From assembly GCA_036271715.1 (NCBI GenBank), contig DATBAD010000001.1, positions 83,887 through 147,886 of the forward strand: a stretch of 64,000 bases of DNA, given 5' to 3'. This DNA comes from Xanthobacteraceae bacterium (GTDB lineage: Bacteria > Pseudomonadota > Alphaproteobacteria > Rhizobiales > Xanthobacteraceae). Below, piece by piece: positions 24,632 through 34,084 of the stretch. The notes beneath the pieces were generated by a model that ran no database searches, was not told the DNA's origin, and saw only the letters and a list, made by a program, of their open reading frames with translations. The translations under genes were made by a program, and so were the position numbers. How positions within the stretch are numbered: the first letter of the stretch is position 1; each line of letters opens with the position of its first letter.

Positions 24632-25204
24632 ATGGCAAGCGTGGGCCGAACGAGGCGCGCCATGGGCTTCCCAATAGAGATGACCTTCCGAACAGCCATA
24701 ATCTCCGCATTTACGCTGACTGCCTTGAGCACTGTGGTCTTAAGCACTGTGGTCTTAAGCACCGGGGTCTTGAGCGGCGCCGCTTATGCCCGGGATTTCG
24801 AGATGGGCGGTGATTTTCCCTATTCGATCATGGCGCCGGAGCCGGGTACGCATCACCAAGGAAGGCCGGTCAAGAGCCAGCCGATCGCTCCGGCGAGCCC
24901 CGCAACCGTCCATGCGCCGCGGCATCTTTACGACACAGTCCGCGGCTCTTCCGGATCGGTGTTGTCGACACCACTGCCGCGAACCGAACTGATCCCGCCG
25001 GAAGGCAGCGGCAAACTGAATTTGCCGAATGTGCCTTCGGAGCAGGGGCCGACTATTCTGCAAGGCGCGACCAATCCAATCCCGAACTTGCCGCATGGTA
25101 CGGAAAGCTTTCAGGACCGCGCCTCGCGCTGCTCGTTCCAGGCCGGGCTTAACAACGTGCCCGGCACTCTGACCAATCAATATATGGGCGTCTGCGTGCA
25201 TTGA
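24632..25204 (+). CDS. Hypothetical secreted protein (start uncertain)
   Basis: Open frame with candidate starts at 24632, 24662 and 24680. It has a long hydrophobic signal-like segment (AIISAFTLTALSTVVLSTVVLSTGVLSGAAYA) followed by a Pro-rich region. I recognise no family. Confidence 0.4.
   Translation: MASVGRTRRAMGFPIEMTFRTAIISAFTLTALSTVVLSTVVLSTGVLSGAAYARDFEMGGDFPYSIMAPEPGTHHQGRPVKSQPIAPASPATVHAPRHLYDTVRGSSGSVLSTPLPRTELIPPEGSGKLNLPNVPSEQGPTILQGATNPIPNLPHGTESFQDRASRCSFQAGLNNVPGTLTNQYMGVCVH
24728..24772 (+). repeat. 15-bp tandem repeat, about 3 copies (agcactgtggtctta, agcactgtggtctta, agcaccggggtcttg)
   Basis: Read directly from the sequence. It encodes STVVL-STVVL-STGVL inside the signal-peptide-like segment of the hypothetical ORF. 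Confidence 0.9.
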
Positions 25205-25274
25205 TTTCTCGGTGCCTGTCCGGCGCTGGTTTTATTTGGCTTTACAGGCAACTAAATGGTTGCATATTGTCGCC

Positions 25275-25589
25275 ATGGATGAAGTCTTCAAGGCGCTGGC
25301 CGATGCGTGCAGAAGAGAACTGCTCGACCGGCTTCGCGCCGAGAACGGCCAGACGCTCAACGAACTCTGTGCGCGTCTCGATATGACGCGGCAGGCGGTG
25401 AGCAAACATCTGGTGATCTTGGAGGACGCGAATCTCGTCGCCACCGTGCGGCGCGGCCGCGAAAAGCTGCACTACCTCAATCCCGTTCCGATCCACGAGA
25501 TTGCGGAACGCTGGATTGGCAAGTTCGAGCGCCATCGCCTGCAAGCGCTGAGCGAATTGAAGAAAGGCCTGGAGACGAGTGATGAGTAA
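25275..25589 (+). CDS. ArsR/SmtB-family transcriptional regulator
   Basis: ATG 25275 (MDEVFKALADACRRELLDRL...). Winged-HTH segment LNELCARLDMTRQAVSKHLVILEDANLV. 104 aa. Confidence 0.88.
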   Translation: MDEVFKALADACRRELLDRLRAENGQTLNELCARLDMTRQAVSKHLVILEDANLVATVRRGREKLHYLNPVPIHEIAERWIGKFERHRLQALSELKKGLETSDE

Positions 25590-26055
25590 ACCGAGTTTTA
25601 TTTATGTCACCTATATCCGCACCACACCGGAGAAACTGTGGGCGGCACTAACCGATCCGCAAACGATCAAGAAATACTGGTTTGGCATCACGGCGGAATG
25701 CGACTGGAAGCCCGGCTCGTCGTGGAGCCTCAAATTTGACGACGGCCGCACGGCCGACACCGGCGAAATTCTCGAGTCCGTTCCGTACAGACGGCTTGTG
25801 ATCGGCCACTGGCAAAATCAGTTCAAACCGGAGCTCAACGCCGCAGGCTCCTCCCGTTGCACCATGGAGATCGAGGTGGCCGAGCACTATCCGGGATCCG
25901 GCGACAGCGCCGTGAAACTCACGATTATCCACGAGGCCGAGACGGAGCAGGGCGGCCCGCTGATTGAGGCGGTGTCGGGTGGCTGGCCGAAGGTTATGTC
26001 GAATCTTAAGTCGTTGCTTGAAACCGGCGATGTCGCTTTCCAGCCGAAAGCTTGA
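25582..26055 (+). CDS. SRPBCC/AHSA1-domain protein
   Basis: 157-aa ORF overlapping the arsR stop, with GTG 25579 or ATG 25582 as possible starts. Starts SFIYVTYIRTTPEKLWAALTDPQ, the typical Aha1/START-like fold. ArsR-AHSA1 pairing is a common arrangement. Confidence 0.8.
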   Translation: MSKPSFIYVTYIRTTPEKLWAALTDPQTIKKYWFGITAECDWKPGSSWSLKFDDGRTADTGEILESVPYRRLVIGHWQNQFKPELNAAGSSRCTMEIEVAEHYPGSGDSAVKLTIIHEAETEQGGPLIEAVSGGWPKVMSNLKSLLETGDVAFQPKA

Positions 26056-26089
26056 GTCTATAGCCGCCGCAGGCGCGAGGCTTCGAACG

Positions 26090-26587
26090 ATGGCCAAATT
26101 CAAACCGAAGACGGTCTATGTGATTTTCATCGCGGCGCCGGCGGACAAGGTCTGGCAGGCGCTAACCTCAACCGAATTCACCAAGAAATATTTCTGGGAG
26201 CGCAGCGTCGAGATCGAACCGAAAGTCGGCGGGAGTTTCACGCTTCGCCTCCCCGACGGTCGCGTCAATGTGCGTGGCAAGGTCACGGAATACGACCCGC
26301 CGCGTAAGCTGACTTACACGTGGCATGTCGAATGGCCGGAGGACTTCAGCAAGCTGCCGGAGTGTCTCGTCAGTTATGAGATCGTTCCGGCCGGTGACGC
26401 CGTGCGCCTCACTATGACTGAATCCCACTCCTGGGACGTGCCAGAGGCGATTCTGAGCGGCGGCCGTGTGGGCTGGCCGGCGGTGCTCTCCGCGCTCAAG
26501 AGCCTTCTTGAGACCGGCAAGGCGCCGGCGATCAAGATGGAGCCGCCGCTGGGGATGATCGATGCGATCAGAAAGCTAAAGCGGTAA
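26090..26587 (+). CDS. SRPBCC/AHSA1-domain protein (second paralogue)
   Basis: ATG 26090 (MAKFKPKTVYVIFIAAPADKVWQALTSTEFTKKYFW), 165 aa. The ORF-track start at 25964 overlaps the previous gene. Confidence 0.8.
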   Translation: MAKFKPKTVYVIFIAAPADKVWQALTSTEFTKKYFWERSVEIEPKVGGSFTLRLPDGRVNVRGKVTEYDPPRKLTYTWHVEWPEDFSKLPECLVSYEIVPAGDAVRLTMTESHSWDVPEAILSGGRVGWPAVLSALKSLLETGKAPAIKMEPPLGMIDAIRKLKR

Positions 26588-26605
26588 ACGCCCAGTCGGC
26601 TCCGA

Positions 26606-27661
26606 TCACCGCAAACTGGCGTTGATCTTGTCGAGCGCCGCTGAACCCGGACAGAGCTCTTTTTCGTTCAAGGTATTCAGTGGAGCGGGCACGGTGTTGA
26701 GATGGCCGTGCAGGTCAGCGGCTTCCTCCTCGACGTAAAGGAGGCCGGTAACGATCTGTCCCTTGGCGGCGTGGTGTTGCGTGAAATTCATCGCCGCCAG
26801 CCGATCGTGGACGTCGTATTCGGCATTGAGCTTACGCAGAGCGATCGTCGTGCCGTCATGCTGCTCGACATATTCGACGCTGCCCGGCGCGTAATCGACA
26901 TGGATCGGCGCGCGGCTCGGCATGACGTCGAGGAAATTAACCGCCTCATTATGCTCGCGGACATAGTCGAAGCTCTTGGTCGAGCCGGCGTGATTGTTGA
27001 ACGCGATACACGGCGAGATCACATCGACAAAGGCTGCGCCTTCGTGCTCGATCGCCGCCTTGATGATCGGGACGAGCTGGTGCTTGTCGCCGGAGAACGA
27101 GCGCGCGACGAAGCTCGCACCGAGCTGCAACGCGATCCCGACCATGTCGATGGCGCTGTCGCTATTGACGATGCCGCGCTTCGATTTCGAGCCGCGGTCG
27201 GCGGTGGCAGAGAACTGGCCCTTGGTCAGGCCGTAAACTCCGTTGTTCTCCACGATATAGGTCATGTTGACGCCGCGACGCATGCAATGGGCGAATTGGC
27301 CGAAGCCGATCGAGGCGGAATCGCCATCGCCGGAAACGCCGAGGTAAATCAGATCGCGATTGGCAAGATTGGCGCCGGTGAGCACCGATGGCATGCGACC
27401 ATGCACCGAATTGAAGCCGTGCGAATTGCCGAGGAAATAAGTCGGCGTCTTCGACGAGCAGCCGATGCCGGAGATTTTCGCGACCCGATGTGGCTCGATC
27501 GACAGTTCGAAACAGGCTTCAATGATAGCACTCGTGATCGAATCATGGCCGCAGCCGGCGCACAGCGTCGAAATCGAGCCTTCGTAGTCGCGATGGGTGT
27601 AGCCGAGGCTGTTCTTCGGCAGGTTCGGATGATGGAATTTCGGCTTGACGACGTAAGTCAT
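26606..27661 (-). CDS. korB: 2-oxoglutarate:ferredoxin oxidoreductase beta subunit (TPP-binding)
   Basis: ATG at 27661 (MTYVVKPKFHHPNLPK), preceded by AGGTGA. Contains CAGCGHDSI and the TPP motif GVSGDGDSASIG. 351 aa. The ORF-track start at 27772 overlaps korA. Confidence 0.9.
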   Translation of the reverse strand: MTYVVKPKFHHPNLPKNSLGYTHRDYEGSISTLCAGCGHDSITSAIIEACFELSIEPHRVAKISGIGCSSKTPTYFLGNSHGFNSVHGRMPSVLTGANLANRDLIYLGVSGDGDSASIGFGQFAHCMRRGVNMTYIVENNGVYGLTKGQFSATADRGSKSKRGIVNSDSAIDMVGIALQLGASFVARSFSGDKHQLVPIIKAAIEHEGAAFVDVISPCIAFNNHAGSTKSFDYVREHNEAVNFLDVMPSRAPIHVDYAPGSVEYVEQHDGTTIALRKLNAEYDVHDRLAAMNFTQHHAAKGQIVTGLLYVEEEAADLHGHLNTVPAPLNTLNEKELCPGSAALDKINASLR

Positions 27662-27674
27662 GAGGTCACCTGGG

Positions 27675-29510
27675 TCATGACACGACCTTGCGCAGCGGCG
27701 TGATTTTGAGCGCGTCGACGTGGTCGCCAATCGCGCGGGCGATGAAACGGGCGGTGATCGGTGTTCCGTCATAGTGCAGGATCGGCACCAGCCGTACCGG
27801 ATCGATGCCGCACTCGTTGACGATCAGTGAGCGCAGTTGCGCGTCGCGGTTCTGCTCGACGACGAAAACGAAGTCGTGGTCGGCGATGAAGCTCGTGACG
27901 CTGGAGTGGAACGGGAAGGCGCGGACGCGCATGCGGTCGAGTTGCTGGCTATTGGCCTCGAGGATCTCGATGGCTTCGTCCATCGCCGGCGAGGTCGAGC
28001 CGTAATAAATCACGCCGTATTTCGTTGGCTTCGCCGCATTGGCCTGCAGCGGCCGTGGCACGAGGTCCTTCGCTGTTTCGAACTTGCGCGTCAGCCGCTG
28101 CATGTTGTCGGCATAGGCGTCGCCTTCCTCGGTGTAGCGCGCGTAGCGGTCGCGCGACGTGCCGCGGGTGAAGAACGAGCCTTTGGTCGGATGCGTGCCG
28201 GGATAGGTGCGATAAGTGATGCCGTCGCCATCGACATCGAGATAGCGGCCGAACTCTTTGCCAGCTTCGAGCGCCGCCGCCGTCATCACCTTGCCGCGGT
28301 CGTATTTGCGTGTGTCGTCCCATTCCAGCGGCCGGCACAGCCGATGGTTCATGCCGATGTCGAGATCGATCATGACAAAGACCGGCGTTTGCAAACGGTC
28401 GGCAAGGTCGAACGAGATCGCGCCAAACTCGAATGTCTCCGCCGGATCTTCCGGGAACAACAAAATGTGCTTGGTGTCGCCATGCGAGGCATAGGCGCAG
28501 CTGATGATGTCGGTCTGCTGTGTGCGCGTCGGCATGCCGGTCGAGGGCCCGGCGCGCTGCACGTCGAAAATCACGGCCGGAATTTCAGCGAAATAAGCGA
28601 GGCCGAGGAATTCCTGCATCAGCGATATGCCGGGGCCCGAAGTCGCGGTGAAAGCGCGCGCGCCATTCCAGCCGGCGCCGATCACCATGCCGATCGAGGC
28701 AAGCTCGTCTTCGGCCTGGACAATAGCGAATTTGTTCTTCTTGGCGTCGCCGTCGACACGCAGGCGATTACAATAGCGTGTGAAAGCTTCCGCGAGCGAC
28801 GATGACGGCGTGATCGGATACCAGGCGCACACCGTCGCGCCGCCATAGACGGCGCCCAGTGCTGCGGCTGCGTTACCCTCGAGGAAAATCCGGTTGCCGA
28901 CTGCGTTGGAGCGCTTGAGCCGCAATCCGATCGGGTGTTCGACATTCATCATTACCCAATCGCGGCCGAGATGCAGCGCGTGCTTGTTGGCGTCGAACAG
29001 TTTTTCCTTGCCCTTGTATTGCTCGCCGATCAGCTTCTCGATTTCGCCGACGTCCATATCGAGCAGCGCTGAGAGCGCGCCGAGATAGATGATGTTCTTG
29101 AATAATTGGCGCTGGCGCGGATCGGTATATTCGCGATTGGCGATCGCGGTGAGGGGCACGCCGATGACATTGATGTCGTCACGGAATCTCGACTTCGGCA
29201 TCGGCTTGGTCGAGTCGTAAAGCAGATAGCCGCCCGGTTCGATGCCGGCGACGTCCTTGTCCCAGGTCTGCGGATTCATCGCCACCATCAGATCGGTGCC
29301 GCCGCGGGCGCCAAGATGGCCTCTTTGCGAAATCCGAACCTCATACCAGGTCGGCAGGCCTTGGATATTGGAGGGGAAGATGTTGCGCGGCGCCACCGGG
29401 ACGCCCATGCGCACCACGGCGCGGGCAAACATTTCGTTGGCGCTGGCAGAGCCCGATCCGTTGACGTTGGCGAACCGGACGACGAAGTCGTTTACGCTTT
29501 GGAGTGGCAT
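27675..29510 (-). CDS. korA: 2-oxoglutarate:ferredoxin oxidoreductase alpha subunit
   Basis: ATG at 29510 (MPLQSVNDFVVRFANVNGSGSASANEMFARAV), 611 aa. The 102 N-terminal residues in the ORF track are Arg-rich read-through of the upstream gene in another frame. Confidence 0.9.
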   Translation of the reverse strand: MPLQSVNDFVVRFANVNGSGSASANEMFARAVVRMGVPVAPRNIFPSNIQGLPTWYEVRISQRGHLGARGGTDLMVAMNPQTWDKDVAGIEPGGYLLYDSTKPMPKSRFRDDINVIGVPLTAIANREYTDPRQRQLFKNIIYLGALSALLDMDVGEIEKLIGEQYKGKEKLFDANKHALHLGRDWVMMNVEHPIGLRLKRSNAVGNRIFLEGNAAAALGAVYGGATVCAWYPITPSSSLAEAFTRYCNRLRVDGDAKKNKFAIVQAEDELASIGMVIGAGWNGARAFTATSGPGISLMQEFLGLAYFAEIPAVIFDVQRAGPSTGMPTRTQQTDIISCAYASHGDTKHILLFPEDPAETFEFGAISFDLADRLQTPVFVMIDLDIGMNHRLCRPLEWDDTRKYDRGKVMTAAALEAGKEFGRYLDVDGDGITYRTYPGTHPTKGSFFTRGTSRDRYARYTEEGDAYADNMQRLTRKFETAKDLVPRPLQANAAKPTKYGVIYYGSTSPAMDEAIEILEANSQQLDRMRVRAFPFHSSVTSFIADHDFVFVVEQNRDAQLRSLIVNECGIDPVRLVPILHYDGTPITARFIARAIGDHVDALKITPLRKVVS

Positions 29511-31279
29511 GCTTGTACCGCGTGAGTCATGTCGATCAGATATTTCTGCATGTCCCAAGCGCCGGTCGGGCAGCGCTCGGCACATAATCCGCAATGCAGG
29601 CAGACGTCCTCGTCCTTCACCATGACTCGGCCGGTCTTGAGATTGTTGGCGATATAAAGGTCTTGGCTGAGGTTCTTCGCCGGTGCTTCGAGGCGGCCAC
29701 GGAGATCCGCCTCTTCGCCATTGGCTGTAAAGGTGATGCAGTCCATCGGGCAGATATCGACGCAAGCGTCGCATTCGATGCAGAGCTGGCCGGTGAAGAC
29801 GGTCTGCACATCGCAATTGAGGCAGCGGTCGGCCTCTTTCAACGCGAGTTCGACATCATAGCCAAGCTCGACCTCGGCCTTGATGTCGCGCAGCGCCACG
29901 GCCTTCTCACGATGCGGCACGCGGTAGCGTTTATCGAGCCTGATCTCGTTGTCGTAGGACCACTCGTGAATGCCCATCTTCTGACTAGCGATGCCGACAT
30001 GCGGCGCTGGGCGCTCATTGATGTCCTCGCCGCGGCAGAAGCGGTCGATCGAAATCGCAGCCTCATGGCCGTGCGCCACCGCCCAGATGATGTTTTTCGG
30101 GCCGAATGCGGCGTCGCCGCCAAAGAACACTTTCGGATTGGTGGAGACGAAAGTATTCGCATTGACTTTCGGCATATCCCATTTGTCGAATTCGATGCCG
30201 CAATCGCGTTCGATCCAAGGGAAGGAGTTCTCCTGACCGACCGCGACTAGAACGTCGTCGCAGGGGAAAAGCTCGTCGGGTTCGCCGGTCGGAACGAGAT
30301 TGCGGCGGCCCTTCTCGTCGCGCACCGCTTTGACTTTCTCGAATACCACGCCGGTGAGCTTGCCGTTGTCGTGGATGAATTCCTTCGGCACCAGATAATT
30401 GAAGATCGGAATGTCTTCGTGCAGGGCATCCTCCTTTTCCCAGGGGGACGCCTTCATCTCCTCGAAACCCGAGCGCACGACGACTTTCACGTCTTCACCG
30501 CCGAGGCGGCGCGAGGAGCGGCAGCAATCCATCGCGGTGTTGCCGCCGCCGAGCACGATGACGCGCTTGCCGATCTTATCGATATGGCCGAACGAAACAC
30601 TCGACAGCCAATCGATGCCGATATGGACGTTCTTGGCTGCTTCCTTGCGGCCGGGAATGTCGAGATCGCGGCCGCGCGGTGCGCCGCAGCCCACGAAGAC
30701 CGCGTCATAATTGTCAGCCAGCAGCGCCCTCAGGCTGTCAATGCGCTTGCCGCCGATAAACTCGATGCCGAGATCGAGAATGTATCCGCATTCCTCGTCG
30801 ATCACGGCCTCAGGCAAGCGGAACTTCGGTATCTGCGTGCGCATCATGCCGCCGGATTTCGGATCCTGATCGAACACGACGCATTCGTAACCGAGCGGCA
30901 TGAGATCGCGCGCGACCGCAAGTGAAGCGGGACCACCGCCGACAAGTGCGATGCGCTTGCCGTTCTTCGCCGCGGGTTTAGGCAATAGGCTACGGATGTC
31001 GTCCTTGAAGTCGGCGGCGACGCGCTTCAAGCGGCAGATCGCGACCGGTTCTTTCTCGACACGGCTGCGGCGGCAGGCCGGCTCGCAGGGCCGATCACAG
31101 GTGCGCCCCAGAATGCCGGGGAACACATTCGACTCCCAATTGATCATGTAAGCGTCGCTATAGCGGCCGGCGGCGATCAACCGGATATATTCCGGGACCG
31201 GCGTGTGCGCCGGGCATGCCCACTGACAATCGACGACTTTGTGAAAATAGTCCGGGACCGAGATATCGGTAGGTTTCAT
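29492..31279 (-). CDS. GltD-like NAD(P)H flavoprotein fused to a C-terminal 2x[4Fe-4S] ferredoxin domain
   Basis: 595 aa. The N-terminal Fe-S region resembles the glutamate-synthase small subunit (RTCDRPCEPAC). Two dinucleotide folds are present (IALVGGGPASL; VIVLGGGNTAMD). The C-terminus carries CIECDACVDICP and CLHCGLCAERCP. Its 3' end overlaps the korA start by 19 nt. Confidence 0.85.
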   Translation of the reverse strand: MKPTDISVPDYFHKVVDCQWACPAHTPVPEYIRLIAAGRYSDAYMINWESNVFPGILGRTCDRPCEPACRRSRVEKEPVAICRLKRVAADFKDDIRSLLPKPAAKNGKRIALVGGGPASLAVARDLMPLGYECVVFDQDPKSGGMMRTQIPKFRLPEAVIDEECGYILDLGIEFIGGKRIDSLRALLADNYDAVFVGCGAPRGRDLDIPGRKEAAKNVHIGIDWLSSVSFGHIDKIGKRVIVLGGGNTAMDCCRSSRRLGGEDVKVVVRSGFEEMKASPWEKEDALHEDIPIFNYLVPKEFIHDNGKLTGVVFEKVKAVRDEKGRRNLVPTGEPDELFPCDDVLVAVGQENSFPWIERDCGIEFDKWDMPKVNANTFVSTNPKVFFGGDAAFGPKNIIWAVAHGHEAAISIDRFCRGEDINERPAPHVGIASQKMGIHEWSYDNEIRLDKRYRVPHREKAVALRDIKAEVELGYDVELALKEADRCLNCDVQTVFTGQLCIECDACVDICPMDCITFTANGEEADLRGRLEAPAKNLSQDLYIANNLKTGRVMVKDEDVCLHCGLCAERCPTGAWDMQKYLIDMTHAVQACHSKA

Positions 31280-31562
31280 TTATTCCTCGCACACGCAGCG
31301 ACCGCTCTTATGGCGGTGCGAACGCCGCTGCGTGGATTTCCTGCCCCCCGGGGCGGCCTTAAGGCCGACTTCGGGCGCGGATACTAGTTGAGAGGAATTC
31401 GAATTGCCACCGCTTATGCCTGTTATAACAAGGATTTGTCGTGGTTGGTCGTTAACGATCGCACGACTTTCCGGTAACCGAAACACGCTGCCGAGGTGAC
31501 GGCTGTTGCCGAACAATGTGGCTGACTATAACTCATTGATTAAATGAGGAAAATACACGGTT

Positions 31563-32336
31563 ATGCGTGATCTTTTTGAAGATAGGACGCCGCTCGATCC
31601 AATGAGCGCGGCCCGCCGCGGCGCCAAGGCAGCGCTTCGTCGCCGCTTTTATCGCCATGCCACGGCGTTAAGCACACCCGCAGGCTTTGCGGTGAGCCTC
31701 GATGACAAGCCGGTTTTCACCCCCAAACGCCGGCCGCTGGCCGCGCCGACTCTGGCGCTTGCTGAAGCGCTCGCCGCGGAATGGGAAGCGCAGCAGGAAA
31801 ACATTGATCCTGCGGCGATGCCGCTCACGCGCCTCGCCAATGCGATCATTGATGGTGTTGCGGACGCGCCGGCCGAGGTCAGAGCCGAGATCGAAAAATA
31901 TCTCGGCACCGATCTTTTGTTTTATCGGGCCGACGCGCCTGAACTGCTGCGCCAGCGGCAGGCGCAGCATTGGGATCCAGTTTTGGCGTGGGCGCGCGAA
32001 GCGCTCGGCGCCGATTTCAAGCTCGGCGAGGGTGTGGTCCATGTGACGCAGCCAGAGACCGCGCGTGGTGCTGCTGCCGCGGCGATTCCGAATGATCCAT
32101 GGCGGCTTGGTGCTGTCCATGTGATCACGACGCTAACCGGTTCAGCGCTGCTTGCGCTTGCCATGTTGCATAAGCGCATTTCGGCCGAGCAAGCGTGGCT
32201 TGCCGCGCATGTCGACGAAGACTGGAATATGGAGCAATGGGGCCGCGATGAATTGGCGCTCGAGCGGCGCGCGTTCAGGCTCGCGGAATTTCAGGCGGCG
32301 GCGAAAATTTTGTCTGAACCCGGAGAGGCCGCTTAG
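31563..32336 (+). CDS. ATP12-family F1-ATPase assembly chaperone
   Basis: 257 aa. [46 protein letters not shown] is the characteristic ATP12 N-terminal region. Confidence 0.85.
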   Translation: MRDLFEDRTPLDPMSAARRGAKAALRRRFYRHATALSTPAGFAVSLDDKPVFTPKRRPLAAPTLALAEALAAEWEAQQENIDPAAMPLTRLANAIIDGVADAPAEVRAEIEKYLGTDLLFYRADAPELLRQRQAQHWDPVLAWAREALGADFKLGEGVVHVTQPETARGAAAAAIPNDPWRLGAVHVITTLTGSALLALAMLHKRISAEQAWLAAHVDEDWNMEQWGRDELALERRAFRLAEFQAAAKILSEPGEAA

Positions 32337-33385
32337 CCGCCGGTCACGCTCATATGGCGTGACAGCGCCGGCCGCTTGTGGCGGCGGTCGATGATGAAGT
32401 CGTGACCCTTCGGCTTACGCGCGATAGCGTCATCGATCGCGGCGAACAACAGCTCGTTGCTCTCCGAGGTGCGTAGCGGTTTGCGCAGGTCGGCTGCGTC
32501 TTCTTGGCCGAGGCACATATAGAGCGTGCCGGTGCAAGTGATGCGAACGCGGTTGCAGGATTCGCAGAAATTATGCGTCAGCGGTGTGATGAAGCCGAGC
32601 CGGCCTCCGGTTTCGGCGACACGCGTGTAACGGGCCGGCCCACCGGTACGATAATCGATATCCTGCAGCGAGAAGCGTTCGGCAAGCCGCGCGCGCGCCA
32701 ATGACAGCGGCAGGTACTGATCGAGACGTCCGTCGCCGATCTCACCGAGCGGCATCACTTCGATCAGCGTGAGATCCATGCCGCGGCCGTGCGCCCATTC
32801 GATCAGGCGCGGAAATTCGTCTTCGTTGACGCCTTTGAGCGCCACTGTGTTGATCTTGATTTTCAGGCCCGCAGCTTGCGCCGCGTCGATCCCGGCAAGC
32901 ACCCGGTCGAGCGAACCCCAACGGGTGATGGCGCGGAATTTGTCGGCGTCGAGCGTGTCGAGCGAGACATTGATGCGGTCGATACCGGCGTCTTTCAGTT
33001 CGCTTGCGAATTTCTCAAGCTGCGAACCATTGGTGGTCAGCGTCAATTCGTCGAGGCGTCCGGTGTGCAGATGTCGCGACAGCGAGTGGATCAAGGTCAT
33101 GATGCCCCGGCGCACCAGCGGCTCGCCGCCGGTCAGACGCAATTTGCGTACGCCGCGTGCGACAAAGGCCGAGCAGAGCCGGTCGAGTTCCTCGAGCGTC
33201 AGGATCTGGGCCTTTGGCAGAAAAGTCATGTCCTCCGCCATGCAATAGAGACAGCGGAAATCGCAGCGGTCGGTGACCGAGACACGCAAATAGTTGATGG
33301 CCCGGCCGAACGGATCGATCAGTTCCGGACGCGCGGACCCGTTGTCGAACTCTGCGGCGTCTATGGTCTGCAAGGAAGCCATCAC
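32333..33385 (-). CDS. moaA: GTP 3',8-cyclase (molybdenum cofactor biosynthesis protein A)
   Basis: 350 aa. Radical-SAM motif CDFRCLYCM and C-terminal [13 protein letters not shown]. The convergent stop overlaps the ATP12 stop. Confidence 0.94.
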   Translation of the reverse strand: MMASLQTIDAAEFDNGSARPELIDPFGRAINYLRVSVTDRCDFRCLYCMAEDMTFLPKAQILTLEELDRLCSAFVARGVRKLRLTGGEPLVRRGIMTLIHSLSRHLHTGRLDELTLTTNGSQLEKFASELKDAGIDRINVSLDTLDADKFRAITRWGSLDRVLAGIDAAQAAGLKIKINTVALKGVNEDEFPRLIEWAHGRGMDLTLIEVMPLGEIGDGRLDQYLPLSLARARLAERFSLQDIDYRTGGPARYTRVAETGGRLGFITPLTHNFCESCNRVRITCTGTLYMCLGQEDAADLRKPLRTSESNELLFAAIDDAIARKPKGHDFIIDRRHKRPALSRHMSVTGG

Positions 33386-33476
33386 CCAATAAATAGGCAG
33401 TTACCCTGCAGGATAAAGCCCTGATAGTCCATTATTTTCCGCCGGATTGTGGAGAGGGCCCAAACGCCCTCAACGG

Positions 33477-33986
33477 TCAGCGCGGGAATGGCGAGCTGTC
33501 GCTCGGGGCATTCCAAGGCCGCGGCGCTGGTGGGGGCGTGTAGCGTTCCGGTTCCGGCGCGTGCCGCAATTCCGGCGGGGGCTCGGCAGGCGGCACGGCT
33601 TTAGGCGCTTCGGACATTTTCGCCCGTTTGCCCTTGGGCGGCGGAGGCGGTAGCGGCTGCAGCGCCGCGGTGACGGGATTGGGCAGCAGGAATGGCGGCT
33701 TGGTGTTGAAGAACGAATGCTCAGGCTCGCGTACGCTCAACGGGATTTGTTGGTCTTGATAGCCGGTAAGCGAGAAGGTCACCGGTGCTGCCACGACCGG
33801 GACGGTCATCGCGCAGGGCGTGCGGCAGGCTTGTCCCTGCGCGGTTTGCACCGTGGCGCCTGGCGGAATGGAGTCGAATTGCAATACTTGCGTCGGCGGT
33901 TGAGCCGGTGTGCTCGAGCACGCCGCGAGCAAAGAACCCGCGAATACGATAGCCGCAACGATGACGGTATGATGGATACGCCACAT
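33477..33986 (-). CDS. PEGA-like lipoprotein with a Pro-rich C-terminus
   Basis: 169 aa. Lipobox LLAAC, a FDSIPPGATVQ segment, and a Pro-rich tail. Confidence 0.6.
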   Translation of the reverse strand: MWRIHHTVIVAAIVFAGSLLAACSSTPAQPPTQVLQFDSIPPGATVQTAQGQACRTPCAMTVPVVAAPVTFSLTGYQDQQIPLSVREPEHSFFNTKPPFLLPNPVTAALQPLPPPPPKGKRAKMSEAPKAVPPAEPPPELRHAPEPERYTPPPAPRPWNAPSDSSPFPR

Positions 33987-34084
33987 ACGCTCACTCCGGA
34001 CTAAACTTAGGTCGCGTCACATGCCGGGTAAAGCCAGGCCACGCGGGCCGGGCGCGGCTGTGGTCTTTGCAACACGGCGCCGTT

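Noticed and set aside
27675-29816. Over-extended ORF-track starts. Examples are KorA at 713 aa, KorB at 388 aa, Inh-like at 248 aa, ORF 57964-59085 at 373 aa, CysS at 573 aa and RpoA at 376 aa.
   Set aside because: The N-terminal extensions overlap upstream genes, are Arg/Pro-rich and non-conserved, and internal starts with an RBS match canonical N-termini. I re-called the starts instead.
33386-33476. A Moco riboswitch upstream of moaA.
   Set aside because: Only about 90 nt separate moaA from the co-directional upstream lipoprotein gene. That is too short for the roughly 140-nt Moco RNA motif, and I could see no conserved motif.
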